Shown: positions 1 through 15,750 of the stretch, one piece after another
Numbering within the stretch: position 1 is the stretch's first letter
Layout: the number at the start of each line of letters is the position of its first letter
Origin: the human T2T-CHM13v2.0 reference genome, Homo sapiens
Reading direction: 5' to 3' (one strand)
NCBI RefSeq assembly: GCF_009914755.1
Contig: NC_060932.1
DNA: 64,000 nucleotides
Program-made: the position numbers and the translations under genes
Notes under the pieces: model-generated
Told to the model about the DNA's origin: nothing
Databases searched by the model: none
Seen by the model: only the letters and a program-made list of their open reading frames with translations

Positions 1-1
1 T

Positions 2-563
<562 letters not shown>

Positions 564-1869
564 TATTTTAATATGGCATTTTCTATAAGCAAAAATTTTA
601 CTCAGAATCTCCATCTAGCTCAGTCTTTGACAAACATATTTGGAATACTTGTTCCCACAAGGAGATGCATCCAGCCTTCTCTCCCCAGTAAGTCTTCAAG
701 CACCAAAGTTATAAAATTCTGTCTCCTTGTTCTACTTTGTAGAAAGACATTAAACATGAGCCTAGATCAATACCATTGGAATTCCTGCTTGCAGTACCCA
801 GCATTTTGGCTCAGGAGTTGTATTCCAAATCAAAGAACCCCTACACTTCTCAACCTAGGATATCGATGCTATCTTGCTAGTTAGTTTCTATGATGAGATA
901 CCACAGCAAGAGTTTAAGGGATGGCAAACACCAACTGATTGCTGTCATCTCATGTTTTAAAAACTCTAGAAGCACTATAAAATTATATATCCTCTTATTC
1001 CCAGAGGTACAGTGATATACTTGGAGATGTGATTCACTTAACTGGGTCAGCAGGGGTTAACATGTGGAACATCACTTCACCACTATACCAAATAGATCCT
1101 GAAAACAAAGAAGTACTCCATCTGGGAGGGAAAAAAATGAGAGGAAAAAAAACTAATTCTGAAGAGCAAGAGCTGATTCACCTCTGAACACAGCATTTCT
1201 GGAGCTGACAACAGAGAACCTCTGTCTTCAGATCATTCACTGAAGCTGGGGTTGTGGTCGGTCCTCTTAGGCACAGCACCAAGCACAGCTCTCAGGAAAC
1301 CTGACCCAGCTCTTCTGCTTTCTAAGATTATAGCTTTTTACACAATGGCTTTACCACTTTGATTTAACCCACCAAGAAACTTTGTTTTTACATAGAATAT
1401 CTTGGCATGGATGTAATAAAAAATATAAAGGTGACCAGTATTCAGAAGACCTCAAATTTTATGTGCAGCTCTGTGAATCTAGCATTAATTTTGGCAAATT
1501 ATACCTTCCTGTATAGACTTGTTGCTTGGTATTTGGGATGCTGCTTATTAACAAAGTTACTGTTAAAATATTATAAATTCCAATTAAAATACATTTAATT
1601 ATATTATATATGAAAAAATCATGAATCCCTATAGAAAAAAATCATGAATCCCTATGACTGTTAAGAAAGGATTGGTCAAGAGAAATTAAAATGACCAGTT
1701 TGGTCTTTTCATCTAATTAATATTTACTGATAATTTTACTGTACATATCCCCAAAATACTTCCTATTAATATTTCAGAAAAATTGGGGAACAGAGAAAAA
1801 GAATTCAGAAGCGGCAACTATTTTTCACTCTCAGAAAATCAAAACTTTAAAAATCAGTTTCAAGAAAAA

Positions 1870-2670
1870 CATTAACTACCTATTCTCTTTCCTTTGCTCC
1901 CCAAAATACCTCTTCATCTTTTCTGTGTTCCCAATCTCAGCGGCCCTAGCTGGAGACCTCATCAGTCAGGCACATAGCTAATTCCTCATTTCCCACATTC
2001 AATATCTACTACATCTTGTCAACCGCACCTTCTCTGGGGAAATCTATCCACCGTCTGGGCCTATTTCTAATTCAGTCTCCTCTTTGGTCCTGACTACACA
2101 GACTACCCCCACTCACTACCTATGGTAACCCTGCAGAAATCTTTTTAAAAAGTGAGCCTAATCCTGCTTAAACTCCCTCCTACTGCCATGAGGTTCTTCA
2201 GAGTGCAAAGTGCTTCATGATCTGGCCTCTGAGCATTTCATGCACCCTGTCACACTATGTCCCAGTCACATCAAAATTTTCTCAGTTCCTAGAACACTAC
2301 TTGCTCCCCTTTCCCTCTGGGCCTTTCTACATTGTTCCTTCTGGGGAGTACAACAAGCACATCCTTCTTCCCACTCCATTTACTCCGAAAACTCCTACAC
2401 TGTCTTTCACTACTCAGTCATCAATTACTCTAGGAAACCTTCCCAGATGCCCCAAGTCTTTGTTAAGTGCTTTCAAGTGCTCTGACAGAACACTATACTT
2501 CCCTGTCCCCTTTGCACTGGAGAACAACTGAAGGTTTCACCATTTGTTTGCCCCTCAGTCCTTTCCCAGACTATAAATTCTGTGAGGAAAGGGATCTGTT
2601 GTTCTTGGTCCTCATTGTGTCCCTAGATCTTAACAAATGCCTACTATATATTAGTTGCTAAATATATGTT
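1870..2670 (-). mobile_element. L2 LINE fragment (degenerate)
   Basis: Pyrimidine-rich L2-like 3' region ending ...TAAATATATGTTTATTG; boundaries approximate. Confidence 0.55.
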
Positions 2671-5156
2671 TATTGGAGGTTGGATGTATCAACACCAATA
2701 ATGCTTTATTTATAAATATGGAAACCTAGAATAGTTGCCAGTTTATAAACAAGTTGGAATGCAATGTCCATTTTTAATTGGATTTTCAGAAATTAAGAAC
2801 ACTCTGCCAAACACACAGAAAAAATGTTATAAATGAAAATTAGCTTATTATCAGCAAAACTTACACCATGATTTACCTAGAATGCTATTTCTCCACTGGA
2901 ATGCTACCACCTCAAGGGAGAGACTTTCTTTTATTCACGGCTATACCTCCAGCATTTAAAACAGCAGCAGGCACATACTAGGCACCTACCAATTATTTAC
3001 TGAATGAATACTAAAAATATTTCCAGAAACCTCCATGGTGAACCTAATGTCAAGGCTAAGACCCTCTGGTTAGGGTCTCTCAAGCAACCCTGAGAGTACT
3101 GAAAAAAGTCTTGCTACTGGAGGAAAAAAAAAAAAAAGAACAAGAAGGCCGCAGCAGTGCTGAGACCCTACCCTAACAGCTAGAGAGGGCTTCAGGGTAA
3201 AGAGATTTCTACTGACAGAAATGGTTAGGTCAATGTCTGTCTACAACACAGAAGCATCTTCACATATGCAAGCTTTTTCATGACTTCACTGTCCCTAAAT
3301 TAGGAACTGCTTTTAATGGTTCCCAAATATCTTAGGGAGAGGTCACCAATTTATTTGAGAATCTGGTGTAACCCCCCTTCCACCCTCCCACCCACATACA
3401 CACAGAGGCCTTGAATCTTCTCTCAAGGGGGGAAAAATGTATATCTTATTGTACATAATTTCTGGAACACAAGTTGAAAAGCTTTTCTTCATACAGTCTG
3501 ACATACTATAGGTTTATTATTTGTACTAAAACATGTATCATATGCCTTCTATATATATCTAAGACCCAGTTCTAAGCAGAATAAAAAAGATACAAAGATG
3601 GAAAACTACAGCTGACTGTGCAGTCATTAAAAGTCATGTTGTAATACACGTAATAACAAGATGTTCATTACTTCAAGTAAAAGAAGGTCACAAAAATCAT
3701 TAACTCAATATTATATTAAAATACGTATCAATAAAATGCAAAGAGAAAAATAAACACGAAAATGTTAATGATGTTTTTCTTTGTACTTGCTATACTTTTC
3801 AAAGTTTTTACAATGAATACATACAGACAGAAAAAACAAACATTGTTAAAACATGTTTTAATAACCTCGTTGCTTTTAAACAAATTTTTTTTAATCTAGG
3901 AAGGGTTAATAAAACATACTCTATATACATTAATATAACAGGCTAGAGATATAGATTAGTGAATTGTAAGCCTACATATGACACAAAAACTGCAGAAGCT
4001 GATGAGATAACTAAAGAGACACAAAGAGGGGAAAACAGTTTCAAGGAAATAAAGGTCAACTGCATTCAGTGGTATTGTGAGGTCTCAGGATGTGCACTGA
4101 GATGACATTACACAACTTGTTCATCCTATCTGACCCTTAAGGGCCAGACTCCAACTCTTTCAAAACACAGACTGTGTCTGCCTTTCTATTTTGCCTGAAC
4201 TGTACCACTGGCAGCGAATCATTACACTTTAATAGTAAGAAGAAATCATCATTAGATACACTGATACAGTGACAAGTATTATGACCGATCATATCTTTTT
4301 TTGAATCTATGGCTCTATCTACAGCACAGAATAAGAATTAAGAAAATAAGAAAACATATTACAGAATAAGAACTCAAGAAAATGAGAAAATGTGTATTTT
4401 TATAACACATACTATCACTAAACTGTTAAAAAATAAAAGGTAATGTTACACTGTTGCTCAGAACATTTGTCTTTTTAAAAGCAAACTCTGACCTCATCTG
4501 TACCCTCTCATTTTACAAATAAGGAAAACTGAAGGCCAGAATCATTAAATCACTTCGCCAGGGCTACAAAGGAGCTAAGACAGAACCAGAAGACCCCACA
4601 GCATAAGCTAAGACTATACTGTATTTGTGGTCTTAGAGTCATTTGCCAAAAACTTTTATTTAGTTGTAATAAATTTCAGTTCAAATATAAACTAAATTAG
4701 TAAAAGTAATTTATCTTCTTGATAGCTCAATGCAAACTCGAAGAAAACTTGAGAACAGTTATATCTGCTTAAAGTTATGATGACATCTTTCACTATTATT
4801 ATTTCAGTCAGTACCAGTTTCACAGCTCCCCGGCTCCCTCCAAAACAAAGAATCTATTTGTTGCTTCAAACCTATGGTGGGCTCATATAAATAACCAAAG
4901 TAACTGGCAGTTTGGTAACATTCAATTCTATAAAGCAGTTCCCTAAGAAGTGAGCCAGGGTGATGGGTAAGGTCTTGCACTTTAAAATTTACTCATTTCT
5001 ATTTTGTTTGCATTTTACACACAGTACCCATTTATTGCTTTAAAAATTTTTTTTCTGTTAAATAAAAATACAAGATATATGTGAGAAATTAAGGGCCTCT
5101 TCCTACAGTTGCAGGGGCTCAGCCTTGGTAGCTGTTTTGTTGGTGTGACTCTAAGG

Positions 5157-5460
5157 CAGAAGTTGGCAAACTTTTTCCATGAAGCACCAGGTAGTAAACA
5201 GTTCAGGCTCTGTAGGCAGTAGGGTCTGTAGTAACTACTCAATTTGCTGTTTTGGCTTAAAAGGAGACACACATAGCACACACATAAATGAGCACAGCTG
5301 TATTCCAGTAACACTATTTACGGATGCTGAAGTTTGAATTTCATATAATTCTCATGTATATGAAATATTCTTGTGGTATTTTTTCCAACCATTTAAAAAT
5401 GGAAGAATCAATCTTAGCTTGTATGCCATACAAAATTGGGCTGTGGTTTTCTGACCCCTG
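5157..5460 (+). mobile_element. MER58 (hAT-Charlie DNA transposon MITE, probably MER58B)
   Basis: Termini CAGAAGTTGGCAAACT... and ...TTTTCTGACCCCTG; degenerate 8-bp TSD CTCTAAGG/CTCTAACA. Confidence 0.75.
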
Positions 5461-5609
5461 CTCTAACATCTGGGATGATACCTAAGTCAACTGTATAGAA
5501 CCTTACCCAGTCCTCCATAATGTCTGATCTTTAAGGTGCTCTAAGACAAGTATTCTATAACTGGAATCAGGATGTGTCTGGGAAATCCAGCTCTTCTTGG
5601 ACCAACACT

Positions 5610-7500
5610 AGTGCCTGGATAAGTTAATGACTCTAAACATTTACTAACTGTGTAATCTTGAGCAAGTTATTTCACCACTGTGCCTCAACTGCTTCAGCTA
5701 TAAGATGAGGATCAGGGCTGAAATGAACAGTAAATAAGTTATGTGTGCATGATTAAACAGTGCCCAGGAATTAGTTAAGTACAATGTAGGTATTTGTTAA
5801 ATTTTTTTAAAAAGTAGCTCAACTTCACTGTCCTTATTTTGGAAGGCAGAGGATGGTGAGAAAGAAATAGTAAATAATGAGCAAACTATATATTTTATCA
5901 CAGCTTTGCAGCAGGTATTATTAAACACATCCCACAACAGAAAGTATAGCTCAAAAGAGTAACTATAACTACTTCAAGATGACACTGTAAATGTTGGAAC
6001 CAATCTCATTTCAAGTTTCTACCATGCATGGGAGAAGGGGAAAAAATGGTTCAGAGGAGATAAGCAAGGGAAAGCACCTTTCCTTCTTCCATATATTATC
6101 CTTTACAATCAGCTCCTGCTTCTAAAATGTGAATACAACTACCTCCACCACTACAAACAATAATGACACTTAACAATTACTGGGAAGTGACTATGAGCCA
6201 GACAAAATACTTAATGCCTTCACTGTATCAGCTTTTTTAAGCCTCATAACTACTTTATTTTACAGATGAGGAAATGGAGAAGGCCAGATGGCACAGACTA
6301 ATTCAGGATCATCTATTTCCAAAGCCTGGGCCTCACATGACCACTACACCTAACTTCTTTGAGGTACGCCCAGATGAATTTCTCTAATTATGGGCACACA
6401 AAAAAAATGAGTTTTAACTGGAATTTTTTTCTTTAAAAAAAAAAGGATGATTTCAAAGATAGGGAGGGATGTGGAAAACACAAGAAATATGCCTAGAAAA
6501 GGGGGCAGCTATGGTCAGCAGGAGGGGTATGAGGTGGAGAGGATACATGAGGAGGCAGAATGGAGTTCTAGAAGGCAGAAAGTCAAGTCAGACTAAAACC
6601 AACATCAGCCTTAACTAAGCTTTCTTTTCTTTCACATATCTTGGCTGAATTCAGTAAACTGTTTTTGTTGAAAGGACTACTTCTGTAAGCAGGCAGTTCA
6701 GAACAATAGGTATAAACAGGACATAACAGACCATATCCAGGGGCTTCACAGTCCACCCTGCTATGGCTGAGTCAAAATTTTACAGTAAGATGCACCATAT
6801 CAGCTGATCCTGGGTTCAAACCCTAGCTCAGCCACTTGGTAGGTGGGTGACTGAAGAAGTTCCTGGATGGTTGAGCCTCTGTTTCTTCTCAGTGAAATGG
6901 TGACAATAATACCTATTGCAAGAGGCCATTTTTCTTTTTTTTCCCTTCTTTTTTATTGACCACACAATGCTAAATTGAGATTTGTCCCTTGTCAAGCTCA
7001 GTTTCAACTACATGATTACCTTAAATTATTACCAAGCACAAAATACAACCTCTTAGTTATATACTTAATATGTAAGAGACAAAATCAAAAGAAAAGCCTA
7101 CCTTATTGTCAGTCGATAAATACATAATGAGCCCTTACTATTTACCCATGACTACACCAGGCATTAAATATATATTCAAGAAATAAAGAGGTGGTTGGTT
7201 GAGACACTGCCATCAGACCATGGTTCAAAGTTTGACTCTACCATTAATTTAGTACCTTGGTGACCTTGGGTCATAACAACAGAAACGACAAAAGCCAACA
7301 CGTGTTTGTTAAGCCAGGCTCTGCTGCATGTATTCATCTCATGTAATCTTCTCAATAATCCTATGGAAGTAGGTATCATTACTTTCCTCATTTTACAAAT
7401 AAGAAACTGAAGCCCAGAGAGAATAAACAACTTGCCCAAGGTCACTAGATTCTAAGCAGACAGCAGGATTTCACAACACCAGCCCTGTGCTCCCAACTAG
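5610..7500. mobile_element. Cluster of MIR SINE fragments (~5610-5800, ~6160-6350, ~6780-6920, ~7290-7500)
   Basis: MIR core motifs, e.g. CATTTTACAAATAAGAAACTGAAGCCCAGAGAG...CTTGCCCAAGGTCAC and CTGGGTTCAAACCCTAGCTC. Confidence 0.65.
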
Positions 7501-9036
7501 TAGACACTAGTCTATAATATGTGCATAATTAACTTCTGCAGGGCTGGTTTAAGGATCAGAAATATGTGGAAAGAGCCGAGGACAGTAGTTGGCACACGGT
7601 AGATGGACAAGAAAAGGCCCAAGGATACATGCTATATTGAAACACAAACTAACAGAATCAATCTATTTAGGTTCCTTAGCCCAACCTTCTTTCAAAGTCC
7701 TGGGACAGTTTATTTATTATTACCCAAGACTGGGTCAAAGTTCAAGTTTATATTTCATACTATAGGAGGGTATGAAAAAGAAATTTAAGACTAAGACTAT
7801 ACCAAACTACTGCTAACACTAAACTTTATCTCTACAGAAAACCCCTTATCTGTTTCCACTGCCTCTACCAAATACCATTCCATAGTCATTGCTGCTGTTG
7901 CTTGGAATCAAGAGGTTTGCAAAAGGCATTTAAAAGAAAAGAAAAAAGAGAAAGGTTTTAATTTCATCACAAAGAGGCAGATTGGTTAGTATTATTCCTA
8001 ATTCAAAACAAAATGAGAAAGTTTCCAGAAACTAACAATAATTTACGTTTTGAAACAAAATAATGCATCAGAATCACTTAAAATACATCAATTCCTATGG
8101 TTTTGAATGCAATTATCTCTTTATTTCAGTAAGTTTTCTTTAAGTCTAGCTGAAGGGTTAAGTTCCTGGGAATCTACATAAACTCTTGGTAGTTTAGAAT
8201 CACTGAATTTGGGGAACATGGTAATCTACTTTTTTAAGTCCTTCACTTTCGAAAAGAGAAAAGTGAAGCCAGACAGGGTCAGTAACTTGATCCAAAGTCA
8301 CAAAGTTTGTAAAGACCAGATTCCTTTCTTCCAATAAGATGATCTCTTCACTAGCAGTGTTTCTATCCTAAATCAGTTGCATGGAGATGCACACTAGCTA
8401 TAGAAACCTGAGTAAGCAAAACATATGAATACAAGGACAGAAAAGAGTCTATAATGGTGCAGATACAGAAGAAAAATATATGCTAACTGAGCAAAAGATT
8501 ATCTGTTCTGTTTTATTCACCACCCCGTGATTTCGAAATGAAGTTCCTCCAAAGAAAGAAAGATAAACAGTAGGATTTTCTTCTTTACATCACATTAAAG
8601 CACAATTACTTGAAGAAGAAAAAGCCCATTTCAAATTTAGCAAACTCCAAAATCTGGAGTCTGCAACTAGCTCCTCCACTGTTTACTGAAACACTTCCTT
8701 TGGTCCATGTCGCTAAAAACTTGAATCAAAACCCTGGATGTATTTATGCAAGCAAGAGAGAAAGCTTTCCTCCCTAAATGTTGCCAAAGCTGCTACAAAA
8801 GATGACAAGTATTAAAGATGGGCATTTCCATTCATGTCCCTGCATGCCTATTGTTAAGAGGGCTTTTCATTTTTAATTACATTCCCATCCCTAAAAGAAA
8901 CATTAGTTTTTTATCTAACAAACTCTCTTTCGAGGCTCCGCGTTAGGTATGTTTTATGTGTAGGACAGACTTCCCAGGCTGCGATGGAAAGTAATCGTAA
9001 CTCCTGCCGTCAATGTCACTTCTCTGCTGGTATTTA

Positions 9037-9936
<900 letters not shown>

Positions 9937-10008
9937 TCAGCCGGCCAGCCCCTCCGCCGCGGCGCCCGTTAGGCAGCTGCCCTTCATGGCGCCCGGTTCG
10001 CCCGGCAT
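9937..10008 (-). other. Upstream ORF MPGEPGAMKGSCLTGAAAEGLAG*, in frame with TMEM64
   Basis: ATGs at 10008 and 9987, TGA at 9939-9937, main ATG at 9915; all offsets are multiples of 3. Inclusion in the mRNA depends on the TSS position. Confidence 0.6.
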
Positions 10009-11644
10009 CGACTCCCTGCGTCCGCTCAGAGGGTGGGAGACGGCCCGTAGAAGGGCGCGGAGTCAGCGGAGGAGCGACGGCCAGGCGGGGAGTGAGGAAA
10101 CTCCTGCCCCAGCACCCACGGAGCCCACTCCGGTGGTGCCCGCCCCTTGTCGGCCAGAGGGGGCGGGGCCGCGGGCGATGGGGCGGAGCGGGCTGTGTTC
10201 TGGTCCGCTCCCGTGACGCGCTGCCCGCCAGGCTGCGGGGGTCGCGGGGCGTCCGCGTGGGCCAGCGGAGGCCCACAGCTGCGGAGGGAAACCACTGGGA
10301 GGGGAGAAGGAGCTCTAGGGAGAGCGAGGCTGCAACGAGGGGAGAGCCGGGCGACGGGCAGGGGCCCAGGCGCGCTCCCCGACTTCCCACAGGCGCGCGC
10401 ATGCCTGCGTGTCAGGGCGCGCGCTCCCCCTCTCGGACCGAGGCGACCCCAGTCCGTGAGCGGCTTGGATCCTCGCCCGTTCCCTCCTGGTCGTTTCCGC
10501 AGTAACCTCTTATCAGAGCGGGCAGCTGTGAGTGGCGCTCACATCCGCCGCTGCCCTGTCGAATGGGGGAAAGAGTTCTTGTGTTCTGAGGAGGGTTTGG
10601 CTATGGTCCTTGACCCTATTCTTGTCTCAGACTTGCCTCCCAGGTATCGAGGTCTCCCTGTGGGTTTCATATGGCTTGGTCCTTTAGGAGCTGGAAAAAT
10701 TAGGCATAAAGTCCCCCCACCCCCTTGACAGAACGCCCCTTCTGACTCCAGAGGTCCTTTATCGAGTGCCAGGCATTGGTCTAGGGGCATTTGAAAAAGA
10801 TTCACTGAAGGACATTTTTAAGAGTTCGCTTTCTCAGAGGGCAGCTTCTCAAACTCATTCGCTGGTTTCTTTTCCTCTTTCCGCCTGTTTAAGGTTAGTG
10901 TTCCCCAGGTCCTCTTGCCGTCTTCCTTTTCAGAGTTTCCTGAGCCATCTCATCCAGGCCCAACAGCTTTGATCCTGCCGTGCCCCCCATAAGAAGTGAC
11001 CCCTAAGTGAATGTCTCTGCCCACACTTCCCAGCTTGTGGTCCGGCCTGTGGACACATCCAGGTGGAATTCTGCAGGCAGCTCAAACTCAGCAGAGCTTG
11101 GTAGATAGATGATCAACTTGGGCTCTGGTGCAAATCACGTTTAGTAACTGGTCAAACAATCAGTCCCTGAATCTCATTGTTTCTTTTTAAATTGCAAAAT
11201 GGAGATAATGGTACAACTTAGCTTCGTAAGAGTGTTGTGAGGATTAAACAAAATAGTAAAGTAAGGTGATTAGCACTATGCCTGAAATCAGTCGTCAGTA
11301 AATGTTAACTATGTGATGGTATCCCTCATTAAAAGTGTGATCCCCCATAGACCGACTCTTCCTTCTGGGTTTCATATCTCAGTGGATGACCTTCCACCCA
11401 GTTGCCTGCCAGATAACGGACCAGGACACCTTAGGTCGTTGCTGATCAGGCTCCTGCTTGCTGGCTGATCAGGCTCCTCCATGCCATTCCCTCCTATCCA
11501 CCCTGGTTGGGCTGAGTCAGGTAGAGTCCCTACTAGGTGCCAGGCAAGTGCTACATCCTTCAACTCTCTTTTCCAAGCCTTGTGACTCACACGGAGGAGC
11601 AGCTCTTACTGCTGCCACAGCATTTACCTAAAGTTTTACTTCCG

Positions 11645-11797
11645 TAAAACAGTACCAAGGAGGGATAGTGCTAAACCATTCATGAGAACTCCATTTCCAT
11701 GATCCAATCACCTCCCACCAGGCCTCTCCTCCAACAATGGGGATTACATACAGTTTGACATGAGATTTGGGCAGGGACACAAATCCAAACCATATCA
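11645..11797 (-). mobile_element. MST-type MaLR LTR fragment
   Basis: ATCCAATCACCTCCCACCAGG...GAGATTTGGGCAGGGACACAAATCCAAACCATATCA terminus. Confidence 0.75.
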
Positions 11798-14543
11798 GTC
11801 CTGCACTACCTTCCCTTCACCATCACCCTCAATTTGGTATTTCCTTTCCTTTCCCAGGCTACTTTCTGTATGGCCATTATCACATTTGTCCCGTTGTATT
11901 GTAATTTTTTGTTTACATCACTGTCTCCCTCTTTAAGCTTTGAGTTTCTTCAAGATGGGCCCGTTACTTATTTAATCTAAGGAGCAATGAGCCCTCTTTA
12001 AATGTTTGTTGCTTACACAAATGATTGCCATTTGTAGGGGGAAATGAAGGCAGGAAAACCAGACAAAATTGCATAGGCAAGAAGCTGTGAGGATCAGTGA
12101 AGTAGGATAATGGTCCTGGTGTTAGTTGAATGGGGATAAGTTTAAAGAGGAGCTGGGCAACTGATTTGTTTTCAGAAGAGAGGGAGAGGTCAAGGATAAC
12201 ACCTGGATTTCTTATTTAAAGTAATAGATAATGGGGCCATTGACCAAGAAAGCGACTACAGCAAGTCTGTAAGAAAGATAGCCTTCAGTCTTGATGCATG
12301 AGACTTGAGGTGCCTATGATAACATCCAAACGTGGTATTCCAGTAGATGGTTGAAAATATAGATAGGGAATTAAGTGGGGCATCTCTCCTAGAAATTTTG
12401 ACATTGGTATATGGGCAGCAATTAAGACCATGTTTATGAATGAGTGCGTGGTGATAGGTGTGCCAAATATTTCCTGTTCTCTTACAGGAATATAGGAGGA
12501 TTGTATGCCCTGGCCTCCCTGTGATGGGGTTGAACTACATGACATGTTCTCCGAATTAAGTGTGAGCATAGCATTTAATTGTTGATGCAAGACCTTCCAG
12601 AACTCTTTTTCTCTTTGCCATGGCAATCATCAGTGTTCCAGAGAGCATATGCACGATCAGCCTTGGTATTGGAGGGAAGATGATGCGGAACAGAGTCCCA
12701 GTCACATCATGAAGGACATGTAAAGTGAGAAGTAAACCTTGGTTGTTTTAAGCCATTGAGATTTGAGTTTTGTTACCAGAGCAGATCTTTGTCATCCTGG
12801 ATAATGTGCCTGAGAAGAAGAGGTTTAAGGAAGAAAACTTGTGAACACCAATGTGCTTGTTAGACTCCTTTGCTTGTAAGAAAGAGAAACTCAAGAGACT
12901 AATGAAAAGAAGGAACAAGTGTTTATATGGGTATATGAGTAGCTATTAGGAGCCCAGGCATAAGCTACTCTCTTATTTCTTTCTCATTGTGTCTCTGCTC
13001 TTCTCTACCTCTTTAATCTATTCTCACACTACCAACTGGCTAATTAATCCACTTCTTATCCTTTAGTCTGCATTTCAGAAGAATATAAGCCAGTTCCAGA
13101 GCTCTTAGCTCTAAGTAGCTTCATGGGCTGCCAGCCAACCTGGAAATGAGCTACTCTTGGGTCAGGTGCCCATCCTGCTCTAAACAGTGTCACTCCTACC
13201 TGAAACATCATTTAGCTTTCCTGGGCATGGGACCTCTGGTACAGCAATGCAAGCAGTAGTGGGATATTTCTATTCTCGTCCCACTACAATTTATTTTTCA
13301 CAGAATTGTGAAAATTATGTTTTACAATTGGACATCAGATGTGTCTTAATCCATATCTACCAGCCCACTACAACCAGCCTAAAACTCTTATATTGCGTTA
13401 GGGAAAGACCCAACTCTCTGCCTGGCCTACAAAGCCCTTTATGATCTAGCCTCTGCCTGACATTCCTACCTCACCTCCTGCCACCCTCCCTCTCACACGT
13501 TCCAGCCACCCAGGCCTCCTGTGTCTCCCTTGGATGAGTCAAGCTGGTTTCCTCCTCAGGACATTTGCATTCTGCCCTTGCCAATCTTTCTTGTTTGAAC
13601 ACTCTGCCCTTGGCTCTGAGAAAGCCTGGTTTCTTCATTCTTATTCGTTTTAAGCTCTCCTGTCATCTCCTCAGAGATGACTTCCCTGATTACCCTCATC
13701 TAAAGGACTGCCCTCTCTACATCGGGTTACTGGTACCCCTTATTTTCTTCATAGCACTTATCATCACCTGAAATTGCCTTGTTTATTCCTTTACTTTCTG
13801 TCTTCCATAAGCAGAATGAAATACCATGAGAGTGAGTATCTTTCCTGTCTTGTGAACCCCTGTACTCTGATTCCCTAGAATAGTCCCTGTCACACTAAAT
13901 ATTTTTTAAGTGAAGGAAAGGGATGGTGGGCAGTGTGCTCATGTGCTGGTTGTTCTCTGGTGTCGTCTATCCAGGTTCAGTGTCTACCCTTCGCTGGCTT
14001 GCTGTGTGTCTCAGGAGGTTGACCTCTAGAGACGGTGTCACTCAGCCTCCACTGGGCTCTGGATTTCCAGTTAGGCTTGACCAGTGAGAGGCACCAGCAG
14101 AATATTGGAGGGTAGTACAGGTGAGAAGTGGTCAGGGTATTTATCTCTTCCCGGTTGAGTTTCACTATGGTTTTGGCAGTGGTTGAATTTTGTGAACAAA
14201 GTTCTTATTTACCAAGTTTCCAACTCTTTCCCAGCTCTAGTAATGATTTTCTGATGCTTTGTCATCCTTTTTAATACTTCCTTGATTAGACGCTATTTAC
14301 AGTTGCTTTTGTTGCCTGCAGGAACTCTCACTGACACAGCAGGGGCAGGTCAGAGGCTGACAAGCTCAGTACAGCTAACACTTGAGTTCATATAACTCAC
14401 CCATAGCCACACAGAGAAAGTGGTGGAAGCAGATTTCAAATTTAAACTCAGGGAGTGTGAGGAGATCTGCAGAAACTGTTATATTAGAAGTCCAAGGAAG
14501 AGAGAATGTTAAGATGTTAAGATGGAAAGATGGAATGTTAAGG

Positions 14544-14714
14544 TGGTTTGTCAAGTGCAGTTGGAGTCCCTTTTTCTTCTGGGTTTGGTGGCCTGCTGCA
14601 CCTTTGCCTTTCTCTGACTCTCATTAAAATTGTTAATTAAGGGAGATTTTAGAGTCCTAGGCTCAAAATTAAAATTTGGTTTATTTTGTAATACGGCTCC
14701 AGAAGCCTTTAATT
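14544..14714 (+). repeat. 171-bp direct repeat, copy 1
   Basis: Aligns ungapped to 15751-15921 with 19 mismatches counted by eye (~89% identity). Confidence 0.92.
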
Positions 14715-15750
14715 CTCTATTTAATTTTATTTCTAAAAGAAAAAGATTGGGCACTACTGACCTAGATAAAGACCCAAGATGAGAGAAGGACCAATGAGTG
14801 TCCCTTAGATATTTCTTTTAAAGGTAGCCACTAGGGCCTTAGGGAAAGTACTTTCAGGAACAGACAAATTGCACCAGTTTGAGAGTGAATGAAAGGTAAC
14901 TATGAAAGAGTGAGTTTAGATAGCACTTTTAATAATTTTGGATGGAAAGGAAGAAAAAGGTGATAGCTAGAAGGTAATACAGGGTGAGGAAGATGGGGAC
15001 ATTCTAACTGAAGGATTCCAGTGTGTTTATAGATTGAGGTAAAGAAGGCTGGAGAGAAGAGGGCATTAAGGCACAGAAGAGAGGAAATATAATGAAGCCA
15101 GGTTGTAAAGGAGATGAAAGAGAATGTGGTTAAGATATTAGGGGAAGGATTAGATGCAGGGGAGACAGTGCTTCCTTTGAGATTCAAAGGAAAGATGTAG
15201 AGATGAATGCAAATTTGCCACTGCCTATTTCTAATCGTAATAGATTCTGTCATTTCAGGATTTATTTTAATGTAGTTGGGGACTGGCAGGTAGTTTTTCT
15301 CTCCCCTTTGATAGCCTGGGGCTTCATTTCTGACTTTTCCTGATCAAAAATAAGAACTGATCTATCTTCTCAGCTCTTCAGGTGTCAATTATACAATAAG
15401 CAAATTTTTCCAGGCTCCCTGTTATACACTTGCCACTACACTTCTGACTTAGATGTGGTACTTTGTTAGTATCTGTGAGGACTGAAAATGAGATCGAAGA
15501 GAAAAATCCAATCAAGCATTAAGTAATCATATTTAAATGGAAAATGGGAAGATACTATTAACGAATTCAATGGTACATCACTCTCTAAACTCTAAATTTG
15601 CTATTTTATAATTATGAATTTCTGTGTACTGTACAATATTAGCTTCAGTTAATTTTAAGTGCACCCATAACATTAAATGTGTTTTGATATGTGGTTGTTG
15701 AAGCTACCTGTTAAAATTAGTTTGCTGTGATTTATTGTTATTCATACAAA

